Shown: one piece after another, positions 26,007 to 37,073 of the stretch | Layout of the letters: every line of letters begins with the position of its first letter | How positions within the stretch are numbered: position 1 is the first letter of the stretch | Assembly (NCBI RefSeq): GCF_002113885.1 | Contig: NW_018403543.1 | Span: 1,168,145 to 1,232,144, forward strand | Reading direction: 5' to 3' | Source of the DNA: Mizuhopecten yessoensis | Lineage: Eukaryota | DNA: 64,000 nucleotides | The notes under the pieces: model-generated | Databases searched by the model: none | What the model was told of the DNA's origin: nothing | What the model saw: the letters and a program-made list of their open reading frames with translations, nothing else | Program-made: the position numbers and the translations under genes

Positions 26007-27671
26007 ATATCTTGGTGCTTCTTTTGCCAAATATTGCTTCGTTATACCAAATCAAATTTATAATGCAACAATCATCTTGCCCTTTTTTCTTTTACTTTGA
26101 AGAACCAAAATGGGCATCTTGGAACTTGGGCATATTCATTTGCTTTCAGTGTGCAGGAATGCATAGATGCGTCTTGGGTGCATACATCAGCAAACTTAGG
26201 CCATTGGATTTGTCTTATTTGACTGAGGAGGAGGTTACTGTAAGCGGGTTACTCATTTTATTTTTCGCGGCTTGGAAATGTTTCTGTTATGATCCTGTAA
26301 ACTAATCGCGGGGTGGAAATGTTTCTGTTGTGATCCTGTAAACTAATCGCGGCGTGGATATGTTTCTGTTATGATCCTGTAAAGTAATCGCGGTGTGGAA
26401 ATGTTTCTGTTATGATCCTGTAAACTAATCGCGGTGTGGAAATGTTTCTGTTGTGATCCTGTAAACTAATCGCGGTGTGGATATGTTTCTGTTACGATCC
26501 TGTAAACTAATCGCGGCGTGGAAATGTTTCCGTTATGATCCTGTAAACTAATCGCGGCGTGGATATGTTTCTGTTATGATCCTGTAAAGTAATCGCGGTG
26601 TGGAAATGTTTCTGTTATGATCCTGTAAACTAATCGCGGCGTGGAAATGTTTCTGTTTTAATCCTGTAAACTAACCGCGGCTTGGATATGTTTCTGTTGG
26701 AACAGTGGTTGGAATCGACATAGTTGACAATTGTCAGTGTTAAGTGTTGACATAGTCAATATGATATTTTACTTCCAGGGTTTGGTATGGTAGCTGACTA
26801 TCGACAGAGTCTGAATTACCGTGACTTACTATCAGACAGGGTGAGAATAGATAGGGTTCGGTATGGTATGGTAGCTGACTATCGACAGGGTCGGGATTAC
26901 CGTGACTTACCATCAGAAAGGTTGAGAACAGACAGGTTTGGTATGGTAGTTGATTATCGACAGTGTCGGTATTACCGTGACTTGCTTTCAGACAGGTTGA
27001 GAGACTATCGACAGAGTCTGAATTACCGTGACTTACTATCAGACAGGGTGAGAATAGATAGGGTTCGGTATGGTATGGTAGCTGACTATCGACAGGGTCG
27101 GTATTACCGTGACTTACTATCAGACAGGTTGAGAATAGATAGGGTTCGGTATGGTATGGTAGCTGACTATCGACAGGGTCGGTATTACCGTGACTTACCA
27201 TCAGAAAGGTTGAGAACAGACAGGTTTGGTATGGTAGTTGATTATCGACAGGGTCGGTATTACCGTGACTTGCTTTCAGACAGGTTGAGAATAGACAGGG
27301 TTTGGTATGGTATCTGACTATTGAAAGGATCGGTGTTGCCGTGATTTACTTTTACCAGAAAAGTTGAGAAAAGACAGGTTTGGTGTATTCAGGATATAAA
27401 GGGATAGCGTTGTATAGAAATTATGATACTATGGCGACGTCAACCACAACCATAATATAGAATTATATGAACCTATTCCGTTTCAATATTTATAACCAAG
27501 TGGTTGTTGAAACATCAAAAGACTCCTTAACAGATATACAGAGCTCTAATGAAATCATTTATAAAAGACAAGTATGAACTCAGGAAGTACATGTCTACAA
27601 ATGTAACTGACTTCTCCATCGGAATACCACCAAAAAATGGAGGAGAATCCAGCTCGTCCGAAAAGGCATGT
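21540..27671 (+). CDS. SMAP1/2-like ArfGAP gene with tandemly duplicated ArfGAP domain (second copy incomplete)
   Basis: Exons 21540-21654 (MSAQ...[11 protein letters not shown]), 22882-23018 ([46 protein letters not shown]), 23281-23366 ([25 protein letters not shown]), 24592-24721 ([12 protein letters not shown]), 25284-25374 (...[11 protein letters not shown]), 26103-26239 ([21 protein letters not shown]) and 27542-27671 ([12 protein letters not shown]). The CxxC-x16-CxxC-x4-R motif occurs twice. Phases are consistent up to 26239. Confidence 0.8.
21790..22768. repeat. 51-bp near-perfect minisatellite (about 19 copies) in ArfGAP intron 1
   Basis: Unit TTATCCTATTAACAATGGGCTCACTGACACTATTTCAGCAGACCTATACAT. 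Confidence 0.97.
23367..24591 (+). other. Probable U12-type (minor spliceosome) GT-AG intron
   Basis: Donor GTATCC(AC). Branch point TCCTTAAC at 24574-24581, 10 nt before the end of the intron. No polypyrimidine tract. Confidence 0.8.
25950..26003. repeat. (CT)n microsatellite
   Basis: About 27 CT units. Confidence 0.98.
26266..26698. repeat. 41-bp minisatellite (about 10.5 copies)
   Basis: Unit CGCGGTGTGGAAATGTTTCTGTTATGATCCTGTAAACTAAT. Confidence 0.95.
26775..27385. repeat. ~70-75-bp tandem repeat
   Basis: GGTATGGTAGCTGACTATCGACAGGGTCGGTATTACCGTGACTTACTATCAGACAGGTTGAGAATAGATAGG variants, about 8 copies. Confidence 0.92.
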
Positions 27672-28094
27672 GTAAGTACCAAGTTCAAACGATCTTTATT
27701 ACAATCAAAAGTAATTCTTAAACTTCACTGATTCTAAATTTCAAACATTACACACAAACTGAATTTGAGGATGTATACCACTGTAGGGAGTTTTATCTCC
27801 AAACTCTAAAGATTTCATTACATTTTATCACAAAGAGTGATTTGCCTTGCCTGCTTGTAATGGACAGCATTCTTCATTGGTAATATATTGACCTCACCAT
27901 CATGTTTGTTGCCTTAAATTGGCATAGAAACATAATACCTGGACAGACATTAGGATTCAAAACCACAAAACGACACGGCAGTTTATTAATATTTAACAAT
28001 CAATAATGCTGATAAGCACGGGAAAATAACCTACTCGATAAAGTGTTAATACGCTCTCTATCGATAGGCGAAACGTCCCGGTCGAGTGCATCCC

Positions 28095-28710
28095 TGTAGG
28101 TCAGGGATCGAGTAAAGAAAACACCCGCTGTTACCAACTGCATGTATCGTAAGAGGCGACTTATGTTGGGACCCCCTTCAGAATTGGGGATTTGCTTTTG
28201 TGCCCTCTATTTGGGGACAAAAAAACGACCAAAATAAATTTATTGCACCCATTGCAATATTTGGGATCTTTATCTTTCTTCCTACATTTAACTACCTTTT
28301 ATTTCCTAGCGTCTTGCTTGACAATAGCTCACGTTTGGCTTTATTGTTGAGCATTCGCCCAGGTGAGGACGGCAATGGGTTCCGTCCCCAGTCCGGGATA
28401 TACCAAAGTCCTTAAAATGGTAATTGGTATTCCCCGCTAAACCTTCAGCATTTAGGATAATGTTAACAACAGGTTCATCCATTTTCAGTATAATGTGACC
28501 GGACGGAATGCTGTGCTGGGTGATTTCAGTGAGATAGCCCTATACAGTCGGCATCAGACACCGCGCTATCACAAGGAGGCAATTACACCAGCACACTGTC
28601 CCTCCAGCCCTCATTCCCACATGCGTGCATACACAACACACATGGAGGCTTGTCCTTAAATGACCTCAGTTTTTGATAGGACGTTAACAAAAACAAAACC
28701 CAAACCAAAC
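28095..28710 (+). mobile_element. SINE-like element with Meta-domain-like core (copy 2)
   Basis: Colinear with 6630-7255. Contains GTATCGTAAGAGGCGAC and ACCAAAGTCCTTAAAATGGTAATTGG, and has an (AAAC)n-like tail. Confidence 0.75.
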
Positions 28711-29225
28711 TGGGTCGAGTGATATGAGAAATATACAATTTCGCCACATCGGTGTACAGATAAATAACACAAATCACTCACTCAGTCATAACTTGACAAA
28801 GGGACCAGTTGGTCTTTAAACGTTGCGGCACGTTTAATACGTGCATTGTTTGTGTATAACGTAAAACTTTGATATTATGCTAGTATGCGATAAGTAATAA
28901 ACAACGCTACGTGCTTTATATGATTTGAGTGTCGTGCTCGGAGGAAGTCCTATCCGACATACTATGAGCATGTACGCACGGCCTTTAAGTGCTTCAGTCA
29001 ATATTTACTGACAACACATACCGCCATATATTGTAAAAAGCATAATGCACATTTGGAAAACGATTCAATACAATAAGACTAATTGTTCAACGAAATCTAA
29101 AACTAAATGATATTTTTTGTAATGAAATTAAAAATCAGGTTTTTGTACATTTTACCGTGTCATTGTGTTGTACAAGTCTATATTGTGTGATTTAAAATTA
29201 TATATTGTGGTGTTTATCCTTTTAT

Positions 29226-29569
29226 CATCCTTGATACTCCAGGGGTAACGCTCTTTAACGCTCTCTGCACCCCAGCAAAATCGATGGCTCGGAATGCAGC
29301 ATCTTGTTGCTGGAACGAGAAGACTAGTTTGCTCATTTGATGTACATCAAAAGAATCTTTCGGTCGCGTAGCGGTAACATTGACTGTCTTTGACGTCGGG
29401 TGTCTCTACTCTTAAATCTTCAAAGGACAGGTATCAGCCTTAGGGATTGGTCAGGTATTTATTTTACCCAAGACCAATCAAACAGCTAGCCGTGTGCCAT
29501 CAATTTTGCTATGACATATTCCAGGGATGGAGAGGGAAAGTGAGCGTAACACCTGGAGTATCGAGGATG
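29226..29569. mobile_element. MITE with CATCC...GGATG ends, long TIRs and 9-bp TSD (Mutator-like)
   Basis: Flanks TCCTTTTAT and TCTTTTTAT (one mismatch). Same family as 57002-57353 and 61774-62126. Confidence 0.85.
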
Positions 29570-29764
29570 TCTTTTTATATGTTTACTTCATCTCTGTTAT
29601 AGGGTTCATGATGTAACGTTCTATGACAGTCGAGCCGTCCACACACCACACCAGTAATCTCCAGAACACTGGACCTTGTCGGATTGTAGAAAGAAATGTG
29701 TTACAGATTTCAATGTACACCCAATCGTCTATGCTGAAATAAGTGTGTGTCAAACATCGATTCT

Positions 29765-29865
29765 GAAAGGGGGGTAACATTGCGGACAGAAAGGGGGGTA
29801 ACATTGCGGAGAGAAAGTGGGGTAACATTGCGGAGAGAAAGGGGGGTAACATTGCGGAGAGAAAG
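29765..29865. repeat. 24-bp tandem repeat, 4 copies
   Basis: AGAAAGGGGGGTAACATTGCGGAG. Confidence 0.9.
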
Positions 29866-30432
29866 GAAACCAAAGCGTTGTTGGAGAAATTAATCAAAGG
29901 AGCGAAATTTTAATGTGAAAATGTACATAATGATATTACTTATACACCTCTTTGTCAATTTCATTCATATTTTGTACATATGTCAAGAATAAAGCACTCT
30001 ATTCAACTCTTTGATGTTTGATTTTTACTTTGAACTTGTTATGACTTGGGAACTGCTGTCACGATTACTTTTCCCCCTTGTGTAATACCGGTTTAAAAGC
30101 ATACATTGCCATTTGTGTTGAACAGCAACTTTCACCAAACATACATGCCTATTATCATTGGGTTGTTCATAACGTAGTTTGAGTGGGTGGGCCAACAACT
30201 TAAAAGGCCTGAAGACATGTGCATTGAATGTTTTCTTATACAATTATTTAACACTTTAGTTTAGACCATATTTTATTTCATGTTTTTCATGTCATGCATA
30301 ATATACAAAAATAAGTACAGGATTCAGAAAAAAGGTATGTACATACTTATATGAATCTGTCTCCTTAAACACTACAAAGCTAAACAACATCGTAAGAATA
30401 ATATGTATAATAAAAGGACAAACATAAACTAT

Positions 30433-30433
<1 letters not shown>

Positions 30434-30480
<47 letters not shown>
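30434..30480. repeat. (AG)n microsatellite
   Basis: About 23 AG units. Confidence 0.98.
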
Positions 30481-30483
<3 letters not shown>

Positions 30484-30489
30484 GTGTCT

Positions 30490-31650
30490 TAAATCGTGAC
30501 TTAGTTAAGTACCGCCTGTTGTAATGCTTGCAGCTTCGAGCTGAATATTCTCCAGAGATTGAAACTGTTGGATAGTTAAGTTATCCCAGACGATATCACT
30601 GTATTCACGTATAGGTCTGACAAATGAAAAATACAAGGTTTGAAAAGAGTTTCTGTCTATTTTAAAATTAAAGTTTATTAGACGCTTTCTTTATAATAAT
30701 AATGTGTTCTGTCCAAGAACCATTATGAGAGAGAAAAAAAATCCTATATGTTTGTGCTGTTTAACCTCATTAACAGGAACGTCATTCATAAATAAAAGGG
30801 GTGATGGGGCTTATTAATTTTCCTAATAATCAAAAATGATTTTCAGGGTTAAATTCAACCAACCCAAATTTCAGACCATGCATATATTTTCCTTAAACTG
30901 CCATTTAACAAATCTGCACATTGAGACGTAGTATCTACTATAGCATAAACGGAAGCATCGTCAGCAAATAGTTTTATTATAGCGTTAATATCGTCAACTA
31001 TGTAATTTTTACAAAAATCAAAAAGAGCGATGGATCCTATATTGATCTCTTGAGAACACCAGTCCTAATTACCATCGACTCAGAGGTCTTACTGTTTATA
31101 CCAACTCTTTCGTTCCTATTATTCAAATAACTTTTAAACCATGATGATAAATTCCCCCGATGCCTAATTTATGTAATTTAAAAAGTAGTCCTGCAGGCCA
31201 GACTCTGTAAAAGGCCTTGCTGATATCACGAAAGATCATCCGAATTTCCTTACCTTTATCTAGCGCCGAATATATATCGGTAGTAATGGCGAGCAATTGA
31301 TTAGTTGTAGAGTCAGCAGCCCTTAATCCAGATTGAGAAGGTGATAATTGAGAATTTTCAATAATGCATTTGTACAGATATTTATATACACATCTTTCCT
31401 TCACCTTGCCAACAATAGATACCAATGATAAAGGTCGATAGTTGTTGAGAAGAGAAAGGTTATCTTTTTTGACAACTTGGGCAATGTTGGCGAATTTCCA
31501 GTCACTAGGAAAAAACGAAGTGGTTAAGAATGATTTAAGATTATTTGAAGAGAGTAACTCGAAATTATTTTTGCTTCCTTAAGGAGTCTTGGATTTATAA
31601 GGTCAGGTCCAACTGCCTTAGAGCAATCTAGATTAGATTAAACTGAGAAA
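30490..31650 (-). mobile_element. Degenerate CR1-group LINE reverse transcriptase fragment
   Basis: Encodes SQSGLRAADSTTNQLL...IFRDISKAFYRVWPAGLLFKL (RT domains 2-3), IKLFADDAS (YADD motif, near 30960) and KAVGPDL upstream. Frameshifted. Confidence 0.85.
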
Positions 31651-32329
31651 ATGTTGTTCCTAACAATATAAATACGATTTAACACTTTAAGTTGATGTTG
31701 CTATATACGTCACCTGAAGAACCATTCTAAATAATCCTTCAATTTCATGACGTCATTCAAGTCAGTAATGCTTCTTTGCATGCAGAGTTATCTCAATATA
31801 GCTGCTTAAAAACAATCGCTAGGTTCTACACCACCATATGCAAAAATCGTAATTTAAGATAAAAGGCTCAAAACTTCACTTCCCTTCTCATCATATTTTA
31901 ACTGTTTGGTAATTTATGGTATATTTCACCAATAAAACATTTGTATGCTTTGACCTATGCAAGGCTTGCCACGTACCTAACACTCATCCAAGCTCGTGAT
32001 ATAGTACACACTCGTGACCAATGTTCACATGTCGACAAACGACGTCACATTCTGACAGTTTTTTGCTTCCGATTCCTGTATATCAATAGTTTAAACAGAG
32101 AATAATTTGTTTTTGAAAAAACAAAAGGAAAGTAATTCCAATATAATGGCATTTTATGTTTAGGTCACATGGGATGTTTTAATGTAAGGTTGTGCGGTAG
32201 CTGTGATGCAGTGCGCGAGTTTCGCTGCCGTGTGAGGGCATCTTCGTATTTCAAATGGTCCACTTTCACCATAAAAATCGTCTCTGCATTCTAAGATATC
32301 GAAAATGGTGCATGTGCTTCCATTAGCGA

Positions 32330-33500
32330 GAGCTGTAATGCACTGCAATCTTAGGAGATGTAGGTTGAGAAGTGTACAGGCTGTGATAGAAAGAGAGCCG
32401 TGATGGACTGCAGTGTAAAGATTGTGGTACAAGGTGAGGATAATGGTGCGATGTATTGCAATGAGGTTGGAATGCACGTTAGAACAGGTAGCGGTGCACT
32501 GCAGTAAAAGGGGTGTGACGACCTTGATACACTACAATGCGAGGGCCGGCATACACTGCAATGTGAAGACCCTGATACACTGTAATGTGAGTGCCGTGAT
32601 ACACTGCAATTTGAGGACCGTGATACCCTGCAATATGAGGGCAGCGATACCCTGCAATATGAGGGCCGCGATACACTGTAATGTTAGGGCTGTGATACAC
32701 TGTTATGTAAGGGGTCGTTGTGATACACTGCAATGTGAAGACCATAAATATATATTAGTTACACGAATTTTTGGCAGGGTATACGGGATGGTATGACCCT
32801 ATAGGGTTTCGAATTTCCTGAGGCCGATAGGCCGAAGGGAATACGAAATCCTGTAGGGTCATACCATCCCGTATACCCTGCCAAAAATCCGTGTAACGCA
32901 TTTATTACCCCTTTGATTCTTTTATATTGGTTTTGTACAGTTCCCCGTCGACTTTTCTGTTGTAAAGATAAGAATGGCACAGTACCTCATTTAGTTTCGT
33001 TTTATCAAATTCCTCGAACCGTTCTTCCTGATTCTTTTCTTTTAAATACGTCCTCAGCATGTTTGCCGCTCGTCTGTTCGACTTTTGTGTGTTTTGAGGC
33101 ACATAGTTAGCCCTTTTGGCGAGTATTTCCTCATTAGTATGCGAAACGTTTTGCCATTTTGTGAACAGCGAAGCAGACGACGAATGCGAGTTATCTCCCG
33201 TTGCCCGTCCGCAAGATACAAAGACACGTGACCCGTATACCTGTTGTAAAATCACGTGATTCCACCGTATTACTGCTGAGAATTACGTGACATGACCGTA
33301 TACCCCCTGAGATTTACGAATGCGGTTTGGTACACTGTTGTTTTTAACCAATCAGATTCCTAGATTTTTCTCAAAGGGGTAATAAACTGCATTGTTAGTG
33401 CCGTGATACACTTCGATGTGATGGCTGTGATACACTGCAATGTGAGGGCCGTTGTGATACACTGCAATGAGAGGGCTGTGATACTATTTAATGTGACTGT
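32330..33500. repeat. 24-bp degenerate minisatellite interrupted by a Crypton-derived element
   Basis: GATACACTGCAATGTGAGGGCCGT units on both sides, at 32330-32740 and 33390-33500. Confidence 0.85.
32758..33386 (-). mobile_element. Internally deleted Crypton-like (tyrosine recombinase) element
   Basis: A 140-bp hairpin at 32758-32897 and an inverted pair TTTATTACCCCTTTGA (32901) / TCAAAGGGGTAATAAA (33371). The minus ORF NTQKSNRRAANMLRTYL...FEEFDKTKLNEVLCHSYLYNRKVDGELYK resembles the N-terminal part of CryptonA/DUF3504-type recombinases. Confidence 0.75.
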
Positions 33501-33882
33501 AGTACCGTATTTGACGGAGAATTAAAGCTGTGAAACATCGCAGTGTGAATGATCTGATACCAGACAAGACAGCGCACAAGGACTACCATCCTGAACATAA
33601 TTAAGCCATAATGCTGCCAACAACTACCAACCTTCGCAAACACAGCGAAATATATCCCTACAACTACTTACCGTTATAACCAAAGTCAATACGGACAGCT
33701 CCCGACAGAAGACAGCTCCTTACATTCACCACATAAACAAAGACTTACCGTACCTGTCCCAGCTACCAACATCAAGCAACCTTCACATCGACAAACCTGA
33801 CCGCTTTCAACAACTACCAACCAACACAAACCGAATTATGAAAAACAGACAGCTACGAACACCAACCTACACAAGTAAAGAC

Positions 33883-34222
33883 AAACCAGACAACATCATG
33901 TAGCATCAGAAAGTCCACCTTGACTACTTACCTAGATATCTACAGTCCAAACCAGACAACATCATGAAGCATCAGACAGTCCACCATGACTACTTAGCTA
34001 GATATCTATAGTCCAAACCAGACAGCATCATGTAGCATCAGAAAGTCCACCTTGACTACTTCCCTAGATATCTACAGTCCAAACCAGGCAACATCATGTA
34101 GCATCAGGCAGTCCACCATGACTACTTACCTAGATATCTATAGTCCAAACCAGACAACATCATGTAGCATCAGACAGTCCACCATGACTACTTACCTAGA
34201 TATCTATAGTCCAAACCAGACA
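33883..34222. repeat. 66-bp tandem repeat, 5 copies
   Basis: AACCAGACAACATCATGTAGCATCAGACAGTCCACCATGACTACTTACCTAGATATCTATAGTCCA. Confidence 0.95.
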
Positions 34223-35399
34223 GCTCTCCCTAGACAAATGGTTGTGCATATTGTAAGGATCATGCCAAGTTCTTCGCACTTTTCGTGGCTACAATCCATT
34301 TGCCAGCAGTTCTGCCACTCCTGAAGCCAATATATGTCGGTCAGCAGCTGTTCACGGTAAGCAAATTGACCTGTACATCAGACAATCGTCTACAAACAGA
34401 CGTGTCACCGTTTGATCGAAGCCATGCATGTCATTTCTGTACGACATGAGAGGTCTAAGACTGCCTTTTTGGGGATAACAGATGTTTTCTAACCTTTACA
34501 CTAAAGTTCATGTCATAGCGAAATCGAAAGCACGCGGCTAGCTATTTGAATGGTCTCGGGTGAAAAAACCTGACCATTCGCTTTGAAGATTACAGAGGAG
34601 CGATCATCAACTTCAAAGCCGGTTAATTTTACCGTTTCACTACCACGGGATCATTTCGATTCACATCAAAGGATAAAACTACTCTTGTTTCATCATCCAC
34701 AAGGTTGGGGGATCCGGGGGCCTTCGAATTTGTCATGACATATTCTAACTGCACTGATGTTGATATCTTCCCCTTGATGTCAACTGCAGCAGTAATTTGT
34801 GGTTACCTTGTACCATATTGAATTCAGCGAGATAGGAAAATAATTGCCTGGTTTCCCGGTGTAGCATGGTATTGTGGTAAGCATGGTGATATGAACCGCC
34901 CCATGGTGAAATGAAGGCTACCATCAATTTCTTTTCTGACAAACATTTTTCCGTTCATTTTTCTTTTAGTTTACTTAAATTTGATGTATTCTAGCTGAAA
35001 AGAATTAAGTCTAGGATTGAGAAATTTTGGTTGGGGAAGAGGGACTTCAATTCAACATAATGGTGAAATGAAGGGTTTCAGGAGATTTTTTCTGTAAGAA
35101 TTTTTGTTACAAAATCTTGTTTTTCTTTACATCAGTTTGACGTCCTGAATATGTCAATCACATAAATAAAGCCATTGGTAGAGAAATTTAGAGTGGGGCA
35201 GGGGGCTTCTCTTCACCATAATAGTGAACTGAAGGGTTTCAGCAGTTTCCTTTTTTTTGAATTTTTGAAACCAATTCTGTGAAAGTTCACGTCAATTTGA
35301 TGTCCTGTATATGAAAATCAGAAAAACATAATTCTGAGGTTGAGAAATTTAGGGTCAAGCAATCATTAATCCTAGCACGAGCTGATAGTAGCAAATGCC

Positions 35400-36340
35400 G
35401 ACGGCCGTTGTGAGTGTCGTGTTAGAAACTGGACACACCTATCTAAGTTCTCTGGGGATTGGTGTTAATGTTTTAAGTACCGAGACAGTGTTGGTGACTG
35501 GCCCGATTCTAAAACCATACTAGAATCTTTGTTTGGTTTTGGCAGATGATAGGATGGACATCTGTTGATAAGATCGTTGATCTGAGAAAGAGGCATATTA
35601 TGAGTAAACTCATCAAACGGGTGTCTGTCTTTTCATCTTTCCACGTGAATCCTTTCTGCTGGGGAGGGTTTTTACTGAAGTTTTCTTGTTGATATTGGGT
35701 TTGGTCTTTCTAGAGACTTTTGAGATTTTTTGCGGGAATCTTTCTTTCCGAGAGCATTCAGATGGTGATTTGTCTTCTTCAATTTTCCTGTTTTTGTTGT
35801 CTTTTCACTGGAAGGGCTCTTGTCGGAGGTTTTTAAGGATCGTTTTGCAGTGACCATTTCCTGCGCTGAAAATCCGCTGACAGGGGTCTTGAAAGAAGGC
35901 AGCATGATGATTTTTGTAGGCAGTGATCTTTCTGGAGGTCGTGGCGTTGATCAGTGCTATTGAACTTTTTCCACTGGCAGGAACCTTGGTTGATGTATTA
36001 ATGGTTATTTTGGGAGACTTCTGAGGTGTGATATACTTGCGCAAATTGTGTATGTTCTGTAAAGCCTACCTACCTTCAAGCTTGTACACTCCTTTTCCTT
36101 TCACGCCAATCACTTTGTATGGTCCAGTAAACCTCTTTGCCATCTTGGCTCCTTTTCTGCTGTGCTTCTTAGGATTCTTTATGAGGATTTGATCACCTGG
36201 TTGAAGTGGCACTTTCTTCTGATTTTTGTCATAATATACCTTCTGCTTCTTCTGAGCATCAGCAATTGAAGACATGGCCTTTTCTCGGACTTTTAAGAGT
36301 TGGACAAATGATGTTGTTCTGTCTGTTATCACTTCCCCTA
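35400..36340 (-). mobile_element. Ginger/Gypsy-type integrase C-terminal remnant (GPY/F domain)
   Basis: AMSSIADAQKKQKVYYDK...GDQILIKN...RKGAKMAKRFTGPYKVIGVKGKGVYKL, followed by a broken K/S/T-rich frame. Confidence 0.7.
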
Positions 36341-37073
36341 GTCTTCATTTGACACGAAGTAAATCCCCCCCTCCCCCCCCCCTCCCTGAATTTCTCTACC
36401 CCAGATTTAATTTTTGTGATTTTCATATACATAATATCAAATTGATGTTAACTTAAAGAAAATGAATACAAAAAAGTTGGTCGGAAAAGAAATGTTGGTA
36501 GCCTTCATTTCATCATGGGGCGGTTAGGTTCATTTCACCATTGGCTTCATATTACCATACTACACCGGGGTCGCCCGATTAGAAAACAGGGGACACCAGA
36601 GCGGATTTCCATTTGATTTCTATTTCAAGAATTTGATTTTGGGCATAGATATTCCAACTGCGGTTTATTTTCCAAGAACTGTGTAGAAATGTCAGGTTCT
36701 GTCGACTTTTTGCGTTCAAGCTGTTTTCCTTATTGGTTATGGGTGGATTAACACCTGTTTATATCAGTTTTGTTTTACTGGAAGGTATGTGGACTAACAT
36801 CTGCTTCATTATCATTTAATTCTTATTGGTTATAATCTAGATTATCACCTGTATCAATTTTGTCTTGTCGGCGATGATGTTTGGACCAACACCTGTCTCG
36901 TTATACATGTATTGTTTTACAAGTTATGTGTCTCTTACCATTATACGTTTTGTCTTACTGGTTATTATGTGAATAAATAAAGAAGTAAACACATTCCATC
37001 AAGAAGTTTTATTTCAATACATTAAATTATGAAATGAAATTAACATATGAACATATTAACAAATAAGTCATTT

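Noticed and set aside
26740-27317. 153- and 176-aa repetitive ORFs on both strands
   Set aside because: They are translations of the ~72-bp intronic tandem repeat.
32160-32796. Cys/His-periodic ORFs that look like metal-binding proteins
   Set aside because: They come from the 24-bp minisatellite, with no exon structure.
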